Origin: Vicinamibacterales bacterium
Lineage (GTDB): Bacteria > Acidobacteriota > Vicinamibacteria > Vicinamibacterales > UBA8438
Length of the DNA stretch: 64,000 bases
Direction: 5' to 3'
NCBI GenBank assembly: GCA_965262925.1
Contig: CBDHGC010000004.1
Span: 6,481,112-6,545,111, forward strand
The number at the start of each line of letters is the position of its first letter. Position 1 is the stretch's first letter. Shown piece after piece: positions 14,560 to 23,958 of this stretch. A model generated the notes under the pieces. It saw only the letters and a program-made list of their open reading frames with translations. It did no database searches and was not told the DNA's origin. Position numbers and translations under genes: made by a program.

Positions 14560-15051
14560 GTGGCCGATCCTGTCAAGTACGCCACCGTCCATCGCGAGCC
14601 GATCGACGGCGTCCGGACGAAGGCGTTGCGCCTGATCCCGGACGAGCGCGGCTGGTTGATGGAGGTCCTGCGCGCCGACGACGCGCTCTTCGAGAAGTTC
14701 GGGCAGGTGTACGTGTCCGGCACGTATCCCGGCGTGGTCAAGGCGTGGCACTACCACCGGCGCCAGGTCGACCACTTCGCCTGCGTCGCCGGCATGATCA
14801 AGCTGGTGCTGGTCGACACGCGGGAGGACTCGCCGACCCGGGGACGCGTCAACGAGTTCTTCATCGGCGCCCAGAACCCCACGCTGGTGCGGATACCGAG
14901 CCTCGTCTACCACGGCTGGAAGTGCATCGGCCGCGATGCGGCGCTCGTCGTCAACGTACCGACCGAGCCCTACCGGTACGACGATCCCGACGAATACCGC
15001 CTGGAGCCTCACGGCTCCCTGCCGTACGACTGGAGCCGCAAGGATGGTTGA
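14560..15051 (+). CDS. dTDP-4-dehydrorhamnose 3,5-epimerase-like cupin (RmlC family)
   Basis: DERGWLMEV...VKAWHYHRRQVDHF...GWKCIG cupin motifs. GTG start. Overlaps the rmlB start. Confidence 0.75.
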   Translation: MADPVKYATVHREPIDGVRTKALRLIPDERGWLMEVLRADDALFEKFGQVYVSGTYPGVVKAWHYHRRQVDHFACVAGMIKLVLVDTREDSPTRGRVNEFFIGAQNPTLVRIPSLVYHGWKCIGRDAALVVNVPTEPYRYDDPDEYRLEPHGSLPYDWSRKDG

Positions 15052-16057
15052 GGTAGTCGTCACGGGCGGGGCCGGCTTCATCGGCAGCAACTTCGTCCAC
15101 CACGCGCTCGACGCGCACCCCGACTGGCGCGTGACGACGCTGGACAAGCTGACCTACGCCGGCCGGCGCGAGAACCTGCAGGACCTCGACACCCATGCGC
15201 GGCACCGGTTCGTCCACGGGGACGTCGCGGACGCCTCGGTCGCGTCCCCCCTTGTTCGCAACGCGGATCTCGTGGTGCATTTCGCGGCCGAGACGCACGT
15301 CGACCGCTCTCTGATGAGCGCCGCGGAGTTCATCCGGACCGACGTGCACGGCACGTTCGTGCTCCTCGACGCCGCCCGTGAAGCCCCACGCCTGCGCCGC
15401 TTCGTGCAGATCTCGACGGACGAGGTCTATGGCAGCGTCCCGGACGGGGCCAGTCGGGAGACCGACGAGCTGCGGCCGCGCAACCCCTACGCGGCCAGCA
15501 AGGCGGGGGCGGACCGCCTCGCCTACAGCTACTGGGCCAGTTATCGAGTGCCGGTGGTGATCACGCGCGCCTCGAACAACTACGGCCCCCGACAGTACCC
15601 GGAGAAGATCATTCCGCTGTTCATCACGAACGCCATCGACAAGCGGCCGCTCCCGCTCTACGGCGACGGCTTGAACGTCCGCGACTGGCTGCACGTCGAC
15701 GACCACTGCCGAGCGCTCGATCTGCTGATCGAGAGGGGCCGGCCCGGCGAGACCTACAACATCGGCGGTGGAAACGCGGTGACGAACCTCGACCTGACGC
15801 ACCGCATCCTGGATCGGCTCGAGCGGCCCGCCGCCCTGATCCTGCCGGTGGCGGATCGACCGGGTCACGATCGCCGCTACTGCCTGGACACCGCGAAGCT
15901 GCGTGCGCTGGGCTGGGAGCCGCGGACCGCCTTCGAGGCCGGCCTGAACGCCACCGTCGACTGGTACGCGACGAACGAATGGTGGTGGCGGCCGATCAAG
16001 GAGGACAGCGAGGCCTACAGCGCTTACTACGACCGGCAGTACGCCCGGCGCGGATGA
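15044..16057 (+). CDS. rmlB: dTDP-glucose 4,6-dehydratase
   Basis: VVVTGGAGFIGSNF Rossmann motif, YAASKAGAD (YxxxK), extended SDR fold. ATG 15044 overlaps the preceding stop. Confidence 0.9.
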   Translation: MVEVVVTGGAGFIGSNFVHHALDAHPDWRVTTLDKLTYAGRRENLQDLDTHARHRFVHGDVADASVASPLVRNADLVVHFAAETHVDRSLMSAAEFIRTDVHGTFVLLDAAREAPRLRRFVQISTDEVYGSVPDGASRETDELRPRNPYAASKAGADRLAYSYWASYRVPVVITRASNNYGPRQYPEKIIPLFITNAIDKRPLPLYGDGLNVRDWLHVDDHCRALDLLIERGRPGETYNIGGGNAVTNLDLTHRILDRLERPAALILPVADRPGHDRRYCLDTAKLRALGWEPRTAFEAGLNATVDWYATNEWWWRPIKEDSEAYSAYYDRQYARRG

Positions 16058-16085
16058 ATGGCCGGCGGTCGCCGGCGCGTGTCCG

Positions 16086-18836
16086 TCAGCGTTCCCCGGA
16101 CGGCTGCAGGTCGAGGACGTCGGGATTGGCTTCCTCGCCCGGGGTCGGTTCCGGACCGCCGATCACCGGCGGGCGCCTGATCAACGGGCGGGTCGATTCG
16201 GATCCCGCGGCCGGCGCCCTGGCCGCCAGCTCCTTGCCGCGCATCACCAGCATGCCGTGCTGGCCCGCCACCTCCGTGACTACCGCGCGCACGCCCGCGT
16301 CGACCTGCGCGATCCGGCGGCACATGCCGGCGGCGGCGGCCAGGCCGCTGCCGAGGAACAGCGCCGCGGTCAGGCCGGCGTCGAGAACCAGGCTCGCCGC
16401 GAGCCCGGCGCCGGCCAGCATCCCCACCGTGGCGCCGAAGGGGGCCAGCCGGTGGCGCGCGCTGACGCGGAACAGACAACGGCCCTCCTCGTGTTCTTCC
16501 AGCAACGTCCGCAGGTCGAGCCAGCCCCAGCGGCCGGTCGCCACGGCCAGATCGCGCTCCTGCTGCCAGGTGTCGTGCGCGTCTATCGCACGCCCGACGG
16601 CCCGCGCCTGAAGGCCGCGGGTGATACGCGTCAGCAGGGCGGCGCGGTCGACCCACCGCTCGCTCCAGAGCGCCATCCGGTCCTGCCCACGGCACATCAG
16701 GCGGATCGCCCGGCCGATCTCCAGCCGCTCACCGGCGCCGCGGCTGCGGGTCGCGGCGGCGGCGCGCCGGGTGCCGATGTCCGGGGGCCAGAGCTTGCCG
16801 CGCAGGCGGCCCCAGCCGCGCGCGATCGGCTGCAGCAGGTGCAGCCAGGCGATCGTCGTCCGGTAGAGGACACGACTCGCCAGGGGACCGAACGGACCGA
16901 CGGCGGGAAGGCCCCGGACGTCCGTGCGCCGACCGTAGCCGACGCACTTCAGAAGCGTGGTGGCCAGACCCGCGACGGCGCCCAGGCCCGCCGCGACGGC
17001 CAGCGCCGGCTGGCCGAACCAGACGCTCGCGCCGGCGGCGCACGCCAGCAGGACGGACCCGAGCTGCCACTCCATCAGATGCGGTGCGTAGGTCATCGAC
17101 GGAATGTGGGCGCTGTACACCGAGGGAAACGCCGCCGTGCCCCACACCCCCGCGTTGACGCGGACCCGGGAGATGGCGCGGACAAAGGGCAGCGAGCTGT
17201 AGATCCGCCCCTTCCAGACCGCGTGGCCGTTCAGGAAGCGTTCCGGGTGGTTGTCCATCAGTTGGGTCTCGGCTTCGCCGTAGCCCACCTGCTGGCGCCA
17301 GTAGCCCCGCATCGTACGGCGATGGCGATGCCAGACAATCGCCGACGGCGCGAAACCGATCTGCTGGCCGCGCGCCTGCAGCCGCCAGCAGACGTCGACG
17401 TCGTCCCCCGCGGCGTGGTAGGCGGGATCGAACCCGCCGATGGCCAGCAGCGCATCGCGGCGGTAGGCCATGTTGCAGCCCGGCACGTGCTCGGCCGCCC
17501 GGTCGTCGAGCAGCACGTGGGTCGGCGCGCCGGGCGACCGGGCGACGCATTGCGCCATCCAGGGATCGTCCTCCGGCACCACGTTGGGGCCGCCGGCCCC
17601 GACGACGTCGGACCGCAGGAACGGCTGGACGAGGTAGATCAGCCAGGACGGATCGACGCACACGTCGGCGTCGGTGTACGCGACGATCGAACCGCTCGCG
17701 CGAACCAGCGCCGCGTTGCGCGCCGCACTCAGTCCGCCGTGCGGCGTATCGATGACCGTCACCCGCGCGTGTCCCCGTGCGATCTCCCCGGTAGCGTCGG
17801 TCGAGCCGTCGTTGACGACGAGCACCTCGTAGTCGGGATAGTCCAGTTCCCCGACCGAGCGCAGGCACTCGTCGAGGGTCTCGGCCGCGTTGCGGGCGCA
17901 AATCAGTACGGACACCTTCGGCCAGTCGCGACGGCGGTCCGGCGGAAAGCCGGCATCCGCGAACTCGAGCGCCACGTCGGCCAGGGCGGGCTTGGGACGG
18001 CGCAGCTCGTCGGTCAGTCCGAACCGCCAGTCGTCGACGGCGTGGCCGCCGCGCCACCAGTCGTCGGTCCAGGAAAACGCGACCGCACCGCAGGCGCCCT
18101 CCTCGAACGCGATGCGGATCTGCGCCGCGGTGAGCGCGGCCTGCCCCTCCTCGCCCTCGCGCAGACTGTCGGCGCCCCCCTCGGCCAGCAGCAGGGGCCG
18201 ATTGCCGGCCACGACCTGCAGATGCGCGAGGTACTCCCGCAGATCGTCGCCGCGATGCAGGTAGACGTTGAACGCACAGAGATCGAAGAACGACAGATCG
18301 AGGTAGTCCGTCGGCGGGTAATTGACGTAGGTGAGCAGCGCGTCGGGCGCGGCCTGCTTCGCGTCGTCGTACACGTCCCGCAGGAACCGTTCGATACGGG
18401 ACGCGCCGTGCCAGCGCACGACGCCGGACGGAATCTCGTTGCCGATGGCGATGAGCAGGGTCGCGCGATGCCCGGCGAGCTGCCGGACCTCCCTGACGAG
18501 GTCCCGCCGCACGGCGCGGGCGAGCCTGCGGTCGTCGAGAAAGGCGACATGCTGCGCCCACGGAACCCCCGCCGCCACGCGCAGCCCCTGGTCGGCCGCC
18601 GCGTCCAGCAGCTCCGCCCGCGGCACGGTATAGGTCCGCACCGTGTTGATGCCGGACTGCTCCATCAGCGCGAAGTCCTCGGCGACCCGGGCCAACGGCG
18701 GAAACTGGTAGCCGCCCGCGTCGGGAGCGAACGTGCCGTAGGCCACGCCCTTGATCAGGAAGCGCTCCGAGCCGACCCGGAGGAACTTGCCGACCACGCC
18801 GGGAAACGGTGCGACGGCTGCGTTCTTGGGCGACAT
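16086..18836 (-). CDS. Fusion protein: N-terminal TIM-barrel glycoside hydrolase-like domain + family-2 glycosyltransferase + C-terminal transmembrane region
   Basis: GH-like block FLIKGVAYGTF...GNEIP...LLAEGGADS. GT2 block VSVLICARNAAETLDECLRSV..YEVLVVNDGSTD...DAD. Hydrophobic helices after residue ~650. ATG 18836 (MSPKNAAV) chosen. Confidence 0.8.
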   Translation of the reverse strand: MSPKNAAVAPFPGVVGKFLRVGSERFLIKGVAYGTFAPDAGGYQFPPLARVAEDFALMEQSGINTVRTYTVPRAELLDAAADQGLRVAAGVPWAQHVAFLDDRRLARAVRRDLVREVRQLAGHRATLLIAIGNEIPSGVVRWHGASRIERFLRDVYDDAKQAAPDALLTYVNYPPTDYLDLSFFDLCAFNVYLHRGDDLREYLAHLQVVAGNRPLLLAEGGADSLREGEEGQAALTAAQIRIAFEEGACGAVAFSWTDDWWRGGHAVDDWRFGLTDELRRPKPALADVALEFADAGFPPDRRRDWPKVSVLICARNAAETLDECLRSVGELDYPDYEVLVVNDGSTDATGEIARGHARVTVIDTPHGGLSAARNAALVRASGSIVAYTDADVCVDPSWLIYLVQPFLRSDVVGAGGPNVVPEDDPWMAQCVARSPGAPTHVLLDDRAAEHVPGCNMAYRRDALLAIGGFDPAYHAAGDDVDVCWRLQARGQQIGFAPSAIVWHRHRRTMRGYWRQQVGYGEAETQLMDNHPERFLNGHAVWKGRIYSSLPFVRAISRVRVNAGVWGTAAFPSVYSAHIPSMTYAPHLMEWQLGSVLLACAAGASVWFGQPALAVAAGLGAVAGLATTLLKCVGYGRRTDVRGLPAVGPFGPLASRVLYRTTIAWLHLLQPIARGWGRLRGKLWPPDIGTRRAAAATRSRGAGERLEIGRAIRLMCRGQDRMALWSERWVDRAALLTRITRGLQARAVGRAIDAHDTWQQERDLAVATGRWGWLDLRTLLEEHEEGRCLFRVSARHRLAPFGATVGMLAGAGLAASLVLDAGLTAALFLGSGLAAAAGMCRRIAQVDAGVRAVVTEVAGQHGMLVMRGKELAARAPAAGSESTRPLIRRPPVIGGPEPTPGEEANPDVLDLQPSGER

Positions 18837-18933
18837 GATGGTCCCTGTAATGGTACCAGCACCGGAGGAACGCTGCCGGGCGGCGGGCGCACGGCGGCCC
18901 CGCCGGCCACTGCGACGTATAATCCGGCCGCCC

Positions 18934-20034
18934 ATGCCTCGCCCGTCCGAACATACGGCGCTGTCGGCCGGCGGTGGCCTCGTCCTGCTCTTCCTGGCCA
19001 TGGTGGCGCCCGCGATAGCCCAGCAGCAGGCGACGCTGCTGGCCGACGTTGCCATCTACGGCGACAACACCGAGTTCTTCAACCCCTTCCGGGACGGCGA
19101 GACGCTGCTGGGGGCGGCCGCCACGGTGGGAGTCGACCTCGAGCTGACGGACCAGGCGAGCCTTCGCGGCGGGCTGTTCCTGAACCATCGGTACGGCTCC
19201 GCCCGAATCGCCGAGCAGTGGCGGCCGGTGATCAGCCTGACCGTCGAGAGCGGGCCGTCGCGTTTCGTGTTCGGCACGCTCGACACCGTCCCCCACGACT
19301 TCGTGGCCGCCCCCGACCTCGGCGGGCCACACGGCCTGCTGCCGCCGCTGCAGGTCGAGACGCTGGCGTTCACGCGTCCCTACGAGGGGGGACTCCAGTG
19401 GCAGGTGGCGGCGGAGCGGTTCGCGCAGGACGCCTGGATCGACTGGCAACGCCTGAACACCGCCGAGCACCGCGAGCGCTTCGACGCCGGCTTCCGCGGC
19501 CGCCTGGCCTTCGGAGCCGAATCATCGGTCGCGCTCGGGTACCAGCTTCAGATCGTGCACGAGGGCGGACAGCTCTTCGATCCCGGTCCGGTCAACGACA
19601 GCGTCGCCGGGGGGCCGGGGCTGGTGATCGAGCCGCGCATCGACTTCTTCGACGCCACGTCGATAGAGGCCTACATGATGTGGTCCAGGCACGTCCCGGA
19701 TCGGGCCGCGTCGGAGCTGAGCAGCCATGGCCACGGTCTCTTCCTGCGCGCCGCCGCATCGAAGCACGGCTGGCGCGGACACGCCATCTTCTGGAACGCC
19801 TGCCTGTGGCTGAAGGAGGAAGGCGACCTCAACTACGGCTCGCGCCTGCAGGACGGCACCGTGTTCCGGCCGACCCGCCGCTACGGAGAAGTCGGGCTGT
19901 CGAAGGCGTTCTACGAGGCAGACGGCGTCATGCTCGCCGGCTCGCTGCGCGTGCATCGCGTAGAGCAGGCCTACAACTACTCGTTCCGGATCCTCGCCCA
20001 CGTCGGCGTTGCGCTGCCGCTCTTCACGCGTTGA
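18934..20034 (+). CDS. Secreted hypothetical protein, possibly beta-barrel
   Basis: Signal peptide GGLVLLFLAMVAPAIAQQ, then alternating beta-strand-like pattern. TATAAT at 18918-18923. Divergent from the GH-GT2 gene. Confidence 0.6.
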   Translation: MPRPSEHTALSAGGGLVLLFLAMVAPAIAQQQATLLADVAIYGDNTEFFNPFRDGETLLGAAATVGVDLELTDQASLRGGLFLNHRYGSARIAEQWRPVISLTVESGPSRFVFGTLDTVPHDFVAAPDLGGPHGLLPPLQVETLAFTRPYEGGLQWQVAAERFAQDAWIDWQRLNTAEHRERFDAGFRGRLAFGAESSVALGYQLQIVHEGGQLFDPGPVNDSVAGGPGLVIEPRIDFFDATSIEAYMMWSRHVPDRAASELSSHGHGLFLRAAASKHGWRGHAIFWNACLWLKEEGDLNYGSRLQDGTVFRPTRRYGEVGLSKAFYEADGVMLAGSLRVHRVEQAYNYSFRILAHVGVALPLFTR

Positions 20035-20122
20035 GTGCCGCCGCGGGGCACGAACCGCCGCCGGAGGCCGGCACCGGGTCGCGAGAGCTGAGCCGGGGGC
20101 CGGAATGGGCAAGAACAAGAAG

Positions 20123-20199
20123 TGGCGCGCCCTGCAGGATTCGAACCTGCGGCCTCCTGGTTCGTAGCCAGACGCTCTATCCAGCTGAGCTAAGGGCGC
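20123..20199 (-). tRNA. tRNA-Arg (anticodon ACG), CCA encoded
   Basis: GCGCCCTTAGCTCAGCTGGATAGAGCGTCTGGCTACGAACCAGGAGGCCGCAGGTTCGAATCCTGCAGGGCGCGCCA. Anticodon loop CTACGAA. Confidence 0.92.
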
Positions 20200-20435
20200 G
20201 TTCGTACGCGGCGGAACATTTCATTATACCCGACTGGTGGCCGTATCAGCGCGGGCAGTCTCTTCCAATGACACATGAGCCTGAACGAGGAGTTGTTTCC
20301 AACGACACATGAGTATCCATGTTGTCAAGGGTCCGGATCGAGGGAAGAGCTCGTCCGCCGCGGGTGGTGTGAGGTGGTCTCGGTTTTTCGGACAACCGGC
20401 TAAGGTGTATTCCAGGGCCTTGGGGAGGCACTGGG

Positions 20436-20723
20436 ATGACGACGAAACGGCGCCGCCGGTTCACGGCGGACTTCAAGAAACGGGTGGCGCTCGAGGCGTT
20501 GCGGGGGGACCGAACGGTGCAGGCTATCGCGGCCAAGCACGAGGTCCATCCGAACCAGGTGGGCACCTGGAAGCGGCAGGCGGTCGAGGGGTTGGACGAG
20601 GTGTTCGCCCGCGGCGGATCGCCCGGCCCGTCGGAGCACGAGGCGACGATCCGCGACCTGCACGCGAAGATCGGCGAGTTGACGATGGAACGGGATTTTT
20701 TTCAGCGGGGGTTGCAGCGCTGA
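20436..20723 (+). CDS. IS3-family transposase OrfA (HTH)
   Basis: [41 protein letters not shown] plus a leucine-zipper-like tail, typical of IS3 OrfA. Confidence 0.85.
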   Translation: MTTKRRRRFTADFKKRVALEALRGDRTVQAIAAKHEVHPNQVGTWKRQAVEGLDEVFARGGSPGPSEHEATIRDLHAKIGELTMERDFFQRGLQR

Positions 20724-21556
20724 GCCGGCCGGCGCGGCGGAACCTGGTCGACCGGGCCGGCGCGTTGAGCATCAGGCGGCAATGCGCGCTGCTGGGCATC
20801 AGCCGCTCATCGGTGTACTACGCGCCGCGGGGAGAGAGCGCGGAGAACCTGGCGTTGATGCGGCGGATGGACGCCTTGTCGCTCCAGTACCCGTTCTACG
20901 GCAGTCGGCAGATGGCGCGCCACCTGCGGCGCGAGGGCGTGGCGGCGGGGCGCCGTCGAGTCCGGCGCCTGCTGCGCCTGATGGGCCTGGAGGCGATCTA
21001 CCGCAAGCCGCGCACGAGCGACGCGCAGCCGGATCACCACGTCTACCCGTACCTGCTGCGCGAACTGACGATCGACCGTCCGGACCAGGTGTGGTGCGCG
21101 GACATCACGTACATCCCGGTGACGACCGGCTTTCTGTACCTGGTCGCGATCATGGACTGGGCCAGCCGACATGTGCTGTCGTGGCGGTTGTCGAACACGA
21201 TGGACAGCAGCTTCTGCGTCGAGGCTCTGGAGGCGGCGCTGCAAACGGGGACGCCCGGCATCTTCAACACCGACCAGGGGTCGCAGTTTACGAGCGCGGC
21301 GTTCACCGACCGTGTCCAGGCTGCGGGCGCGCGGTGCTCGATGGACGGCCGCGGTCGGTGCCTGGATAACGTCTTCATCGAGCGGCTCTGGCGGTCGCTG
21401 AAGTATGAAGCGGTGTATCTTCACGAACTGTCGGACGGGTTTGCGGCCGAGCAGGTGATCTCGGAATGGATGACGTTTTACAGCGACGTGCGTCCGCACT
21501 CGGCGCGCGGCGGACGCACGCCGGCCGAAGCCTACCGCGAGGAGCGGGCGGCGTGA
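20436..21556 (+). CDS. IS3-family transposase OrfAB (programmed -1 frameshift fusion)
   Basis: OrfB is in the -1 frame relative to OrfA. It carries the rve DDE core: [36 protein letters not shown]. Confidence 0.8.
20696..20702 (+). promoter_or_regulatory. Slippery heptamer T TTT TTT for -1 frameshifting
   Basis: A run of seven T in the orfA/orfB overlap. Shifting -1 here joins ...ERDFF to [11 protein letters not shown]... of OrfB. Confidence 0.6.
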
Positions 21557-22103
21557 ACACGCGGGCAGCGGGGCGTGGGACCACCACGGCGGGCATCGCG
21601 GCCACGACCGACGCCGTGACGACCGTGGCAGCCGCCGGCGAGCGTGGGAGGCAAGGGACGAGGCGGGGCGTGATTTACCAACCGGGGTACACCTTGACCA
21701 AGTCCGCGACCTTTCCGGAGAACCGGACCACGTCGGTGAGCCGGTTGTTGACCGGCTCCAGCACGGTCCCGTTTCATCGGGGTGGACGGTGTTTCGTCCG
21801 GCTACCGGTGAGCCGGTCGTTGACCGGCTCCAGCACCGTTCCAGTTCATCGAGAAGGAGGAAGCCGTCAGCGCATGAGCGGACCGAGCACCATGTCCCAC
21901 CCGGCACTGTGGACCTGCCCGGCCTGTGGACGCCCGCTCACCGTCGCGCTGAATCCGGAGGGAGGCGAGGCGGGCGCCCACAGGCCGTTGGAAATCTCGC
22001 GGGCGAGCGCCGCCGCCCATGCCTGCACACCGGCCGCGAGATTCCCACAGCTCCACAGCGCATCATCATCATCGATAACCGGGTACGAACCGGCCTCGTG
22101 CCA

Positions 22104-22215
22104 ACCGTGGCAGCCGCCGGTCAGTGCAGGAGCAGAGGACGACGAGGGCGTGATTTCGCAATCGGAATACACCTTAACCAAGCCCTCGAGTTGTCCAAAC
22201 CACCGGGACCACGTC
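22104..22215 (+). mobile_element. Solo right-end remnant of a second IS3-family copy
   Basis: About 112 bp collinear with 21624-21735 of the intact IS (ACCGTGGCAGCCGCCGG ... CGTGATTT ... ACACCTT.ACCAAG ... GGACCACGTCA). Ends in the canonical CA. Confidence 0.65.
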
Positions 22216-22530
22216 AGTGAATCCGTACATTCGGGCACCGGCGCCGACCTGTACGTACGATGGTCGAACGTCGCGGCCAATCCCGACGTCACCTCCGGTG
22301 AGCGTACGTACCGACAGGGGAGTGACCGTCCCTGCGCGGGGCTCCGATGGCCGCGCACGGCGAACCCGGCGTCCCGCCAATCCTTGCACTTGCCGAGCGC
22401 GCTCCATGACGCGCATCCTCTGTGGCGGACTCCGAAAATCCGGACAGTCATCGACATCGAGGTCGTGAGCCAGCATGCGAACGCTGCCGACGTGACGACG
22501 GCACAGCGCGGCGTTCCACTGCAAGCGTTG

Positions 22531-22705
22531 CAGGCACGGGCGCCGACGACGATTCCGTCCAGCCGCCGTCGACCCTCTCACAGCTCCTCGCGTAGTAACG
22601 CTCGGCCAAATCCCCGCCGTGGTCGTGCGCTCGGCTACCGCGCTACGCGCACGCCCGCAGACGGACGTGCACTTCACTTGGTCTTCTGCTGCTCGAATCC
22701 GACCC
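22531..22705 (+). repeat. Structured repeat R (copy 1)
   Basis: About 75% identical to 25461-25645. Contains hairpin CACGCCCG-CAGA-CGGACGTG (22650-22669). Weaker similarity extends upstream to ~22232. Confidence 0.7.
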
Positions 22706-22730
22706 GCGAGGCGTGGAGCCCACGGACTGG

Positions 22731-23717
22731 TCATGCGGCGACGAACGGCGCGCTTCCCGCCGGCGCCGCCGCGCTGCCGCGCCCGGGCCGGTCGGGCAAC
22801 CAGGAGCGGTTCTGTTCGAGCAGGGCGTTGGCCAGCAGGAGGAGCTTGCGCATGACGGCGGTCAGAGCGACCTTCGGCGGCTTCCCCAGGCCGCGGAGCT
22901 GGCGGTACTTCGCACGCAGGCCAGGGTTGCAACGGATCGCCGCCAGGGCCGGCATGTAGAGAAGCCGCCGCACCCGCGGCCGGCCGCCCTGGATGAAGCT
23001 GCGGCCCTGCCAGGCGCCGGACTGGCGCGTGACCGGCGCGAGACCCGCCAGGCTGGCGACCGCCTTGGCGTCGAGGCGGCCGAGTTCGGGCATCCGGGTG
23101 AGCAGGCCCGCCGCGGTGATGCTCGACACGCCCGGGATCGAGGTCAGGATCTCGGTCCGGCGGGCCAATACCACATCTTCGGCCAACCCCTTGCCGATTG
23201 CGGCATCGACGGCGGCCAGATGCCGGTCAATCTGGGACAGCCGCGTCTTGCTCTGCTGCTTCAGCAGCGGATGTCGAAGGTGCTTCTGGCGGTTCCGTGC
23301 GGCGGTGCGGTCCGTGACCAGCGCGTCGCGCGCCACTTGCAGTTCCTCGAGGGCGCGCCGCGCCGGCGGCGACGCCGCGGTCGGCCGCAGAGGCAACGCT
23401 GTCCCCATTTGCGCCAGCACCCGCGCGTCTACGGCGTCGGTCTTGGCGCGCTGTCCCATCGCCTGCGCAAAACGCCGCGCCTGCAACGGATTGGCTCGCG
23501 CCAGCGGCAGGCCCGCCTGCAGGAGCGCCTCCTCGAAGGCGCGGTGCCAAGGTCCGGTGGGCTCGTACACGACCGAGCGGACCGGCTGGTCGATCCACGC
23601 GATCAGCGCGTTGAATCCCGCCGAGTCATTGGTGAATCGCGCGGCCTTGCCGGCAGGAGCCATGCAGGCATCGAGATGCGTCTTCGAAATGTCAACACCT
23701 ACGGTACAATCGGGCAT
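22731..23717 (-). CDS. IS110-family DEDD recombinase/transposase
   Basis: N-terminal RuvC-like DEDD block (VGVDISKTHLDAC, YEPTG, KTDAVDA). C-terminal Transposase_20-like block (IPGVSSITAAGLL...LAGLAPVTRQSG). Confidence 0.88.
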   Translation of the reverse strand: MPDCTVGVDISKTHLDACMAPAGKAARFTNDSAGFNALIAWIDQPVRSVVYEPTGPWHRAFEEALLQAGLPLARANPLQARRFAQAMGQRAKTDAVDARVLAQMGTALPLRPTAASPPARRALEELQVARDALVTDRTAARNRQKHLRHPLLKQQSKTRLSQIDRHLAAVDAAIGKGLAEDVVLARRTEILTSIPGVSSITAAGLLTRMPELGRLDAKAVASLAGLAPVTRQSGAWQGRSFIQGGRPRVRRLLYMPALAAIRCNPGLRAKYRQLRGLGKPPKVALTAVMRKLLLLANALLEQNRSWLPDRPGRGSAAAPAGSAPFVAA

Positions 23718-23900
23718 CTTTTCCTTCTCCTGTGCTTGTCTTGCGAGCCTTCACGCTCATGTATCCATTCAGGACGTAGGAAAAGACGGTGGCGACCAAA
23801 CTCATGTACGGCCCTGATCGGCCTGGCCTGACGCGGTCCGACCACCGTCACCCCTTGGCGTCCCAACCGGATGCCAGGGGGTGAACCTCTCCCGAAGTCC
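23718..23900 (-). ncRNA. Candidate IS110 bridge-RNA region (5' non-coding flank); hypothesis only
   Basis: About 180 nt of non-coding leader upstream of the recombinase. It has an 11-bp stem (CACCCCTTGGC...GCCAGGGGGTG, 23849-23883). IS110-group elements are known to encode a ~150-250-nt bridge RNA in this flank. No covariance model was run and the element ends are unmapped. Confidence 0.2.
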
Positions 23901-23958
23901 ACGGCGGCAAAACTAACAGACAAGCCTGAACGGGGGCCGGGTCGAGGATCATCGGAGG

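Larger units (their letters stand above)
20368..21736 (+). mobile_element. IS3-family insertion sequence (approximate ends)
   Basis: IRL is TGAGGTGGTCTCGGTTTTTCGGA... (from 20370). IRR reverse complement is ...GACGTGGTCCGGTTCTCCGGA (ending ~21735). About 1.37 kb with the orfA/orfB arrangement. Confidence 0.75.

Noticed and set aside
16257-20312. 1351-aa ORF on the plus strand (the longest in the track), and the 913-aa ORF 16729-19470 on the minus strand
   Set aside because: They are antisense or out of frame to the well-supported GH-GT2 gene and run through a tRNA. The composition is Arg/Ala/Pro/Gly-rich and low-complexity, typical of spurious ORFs in high-GC DNA, with no recognisable motifs.
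21874-22078. Small CxxC ORF (MSGPSTMSHPALWTCPACGRPL...) downstream of a GAAGGAGG sequence
   Set aside because: The SD-ATG spacing is ~14 nt, which is too long. The frame is part of a 497-aa read-through ORF crossing IS ends and repeats. There is no conservation evidence.
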